A DNA stretch of 63,498 nt, filler included, from Patellaria atrata CBS 101060 (Eukaryota): assembly GCA_010093705.1 (NCBI GenBank). It is 6 parts of 6 records of this genome, joined end to end, with 100 filler letters (N's around TTAATTAATTAA, not from the genome) between each part and the next. Parts side by side here need not be neighbours in the genome. Positions count along the whole stretch, not along the records: positions 62,175 to 63,498 come from MU006119.1; 5 more parts are not named here. One strand, given 5' to 3'. The notes beneath the pieces were generated by a model. The model was not told the origin of the DNA and ran no database searches. It saw nothing but the letters and a program-made list of their open reading frames with translations. How positions within the stretch are numbered: the stretch's first letter is position 1; each line of letters opens with the position of its first letter. Positions 62,175-63,498 of the stretch are shown piece by piece. The translations under genes and the position numbers were made by a program.

Positions 62175-63498
62175 ATTATTAATATTATATAATTATAATA
62201 ATTAAATTAAAATAATTAATTTAACTAAAAACTTTAAAAATAAAAATAATAATAAAATAAAAAAATTCTTTTATTTATTAAAATTAATTAATAATAAGAA
62301 ATTAATTTATAAAAAATAGAAAAATAAAATAAATAATAAACTTTATATTAATAATAATTAATTTTAAAATAAAAAAGTAAAAATTATTTATATTAAAATA
62401 TAAATTAATAATAAAATAATTAAATATATATACTTTTTCTTAAAATTAAAGAAAGATAATATAATTTTAATAAAGTTAATAAGATTTCTAAATTAAATCT
62501 ATAAAAATCTAAATAAATAATTAAAAATTAAAGATAAATTAAAAAAGTTAAAATAAAATTATTTAATAAACTTTTTAAAGTTTTAATTTATATTTATCTA
62601 ATTAATTAATAAAGTTAAATTATTATATAATTAATAAAAAGAGAAATTTTATAATAAATTTTATAATAATTTAAGATTAATAATAATAAAAACTATAAAT
62701 AATAATAAAATTAGCTTTTAAAAATATTATAATAAAATTATAATATAAATATAAAAATTAAAAAAATTAAATAAAATTAATAAAATTTATAAAAAAAATT
62801 AAAAATATAATAAATTAATTAAAATAATTTCTATTTTAATAATAATAAATAAAATTTTATATTAATTAAAAAGTAAAGAAATTATTTTATTTATAATATT
62901 ATAAATAATAAAGTAAATTATAATTATTTAAAAGTTTATAAATAATTATTTTAATTATAATAAAATTAAATATAAAGTATTAAAATATTAAAAATTAAAG
63001 AAAATAATTAAAGTAAAATTAATTTAAAAAGATAAATATTAAAGTTTAAAGTTTAATTTAAAATTAAATTTAAAAAATAAGAAATTCTAAATAAAGATTT
63101 TATATTAAAGTTAATAATAAAAGTATTAATAATATTAATTAATAATTTAATATTAAAAAAACTATTTATTATATTATATTAAATTTTAAAAAATAAAATT
63201 ATAATATAATTTAAAACTTTAATTAATATTAAAATTTAAAAGTATATTTTATTAAATAAAAAATAACTATTTATTTTAAAATAATATTTTAAAATTAAAG
63301 TTAAAAAAATAGATTAAAAGATTAAAGTTAATATTTTTAATAATTTAAAGATAATATTAATTAATTAAATATTTAAGATAAATTTTATAATTAAAAAATA
63401 AAAATAATTAATATTAATTATAATAATAAATATAAATTATAATAATATATTTATAAATAAAAAGTAATTCTTTAAAATTAATAATTTATTTAATTATA
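62175..63498 (+). mobile_element. extremely RIP-eroded Gypsy gag/protease relic related to 41050-42480
   Basis: Almost pure A/T; collinear similarity by eye with the 41-42 kb relic (e.g. AATTAATAAAAAGA.AA.TTTATAA). Confidence 0.6.

Noticed and set aside
46528..63498. Starship giant transposon (suggested by the patatin NLR and accessory genes)
   Set aside because: No tyrosine-recombinase captain, DUF3723 gene or element boundary is visible in the window.

Overview
Eukaryotic DNA from a filamentous ascomycete (Pezizomycotina), with short GT-AG introns and clear repeat-induced point mutation (RIP). The contigs are joined by artificial N-TTAATTAATTAA-N linkers, so adjacency across gaps is unproven. 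1-24.5 kb is gene-dense: a GPI-type secreted protein, a SIM/RING SUMO-targeted ubiquitin ligase head-to-head with mitochondrial DNA polymerase gamma, a ceramide synthase, a FAM32A-like protein, a three-gene hydroxyacid dehydrogenase / class II aldolase / sugar porter module, tom40 and tom22 tail-to-tail, and a hydrophilic stress-type protein, with Fot1/pogo remnants and a MITE. 24.6-35.3 kb holds a frameshifted cAMP-receptor-like GPCR, a chromate transporter and a PH-domain protein. 35.4-63.5 kb is a transposon graveyard: two mutually nested Ty3/Gypsy families (here called A and B), solo LTRs, Fot1 elements and RIP-eroded AT-rich relics. Embedded in it are a patatin-NB-ARC-TPR NLR that is open up to a gap, an intact APH-like kinase and several pseudogenes. 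The most unusual signals are (i) a family-A Gag extension with seven tandem [C/H]-x7-C-x4-6-C-x2-H zinc-finger-like units ending at an A-AAA-AAC -1 frameshift site, (ii) a self-priming Tf1-type PBS in family B, (iii) the patatin NLR, and (iv) the kinase-less sugar-acid catabolic module. All calls are from reading the sequence by eye; no database searches were run.
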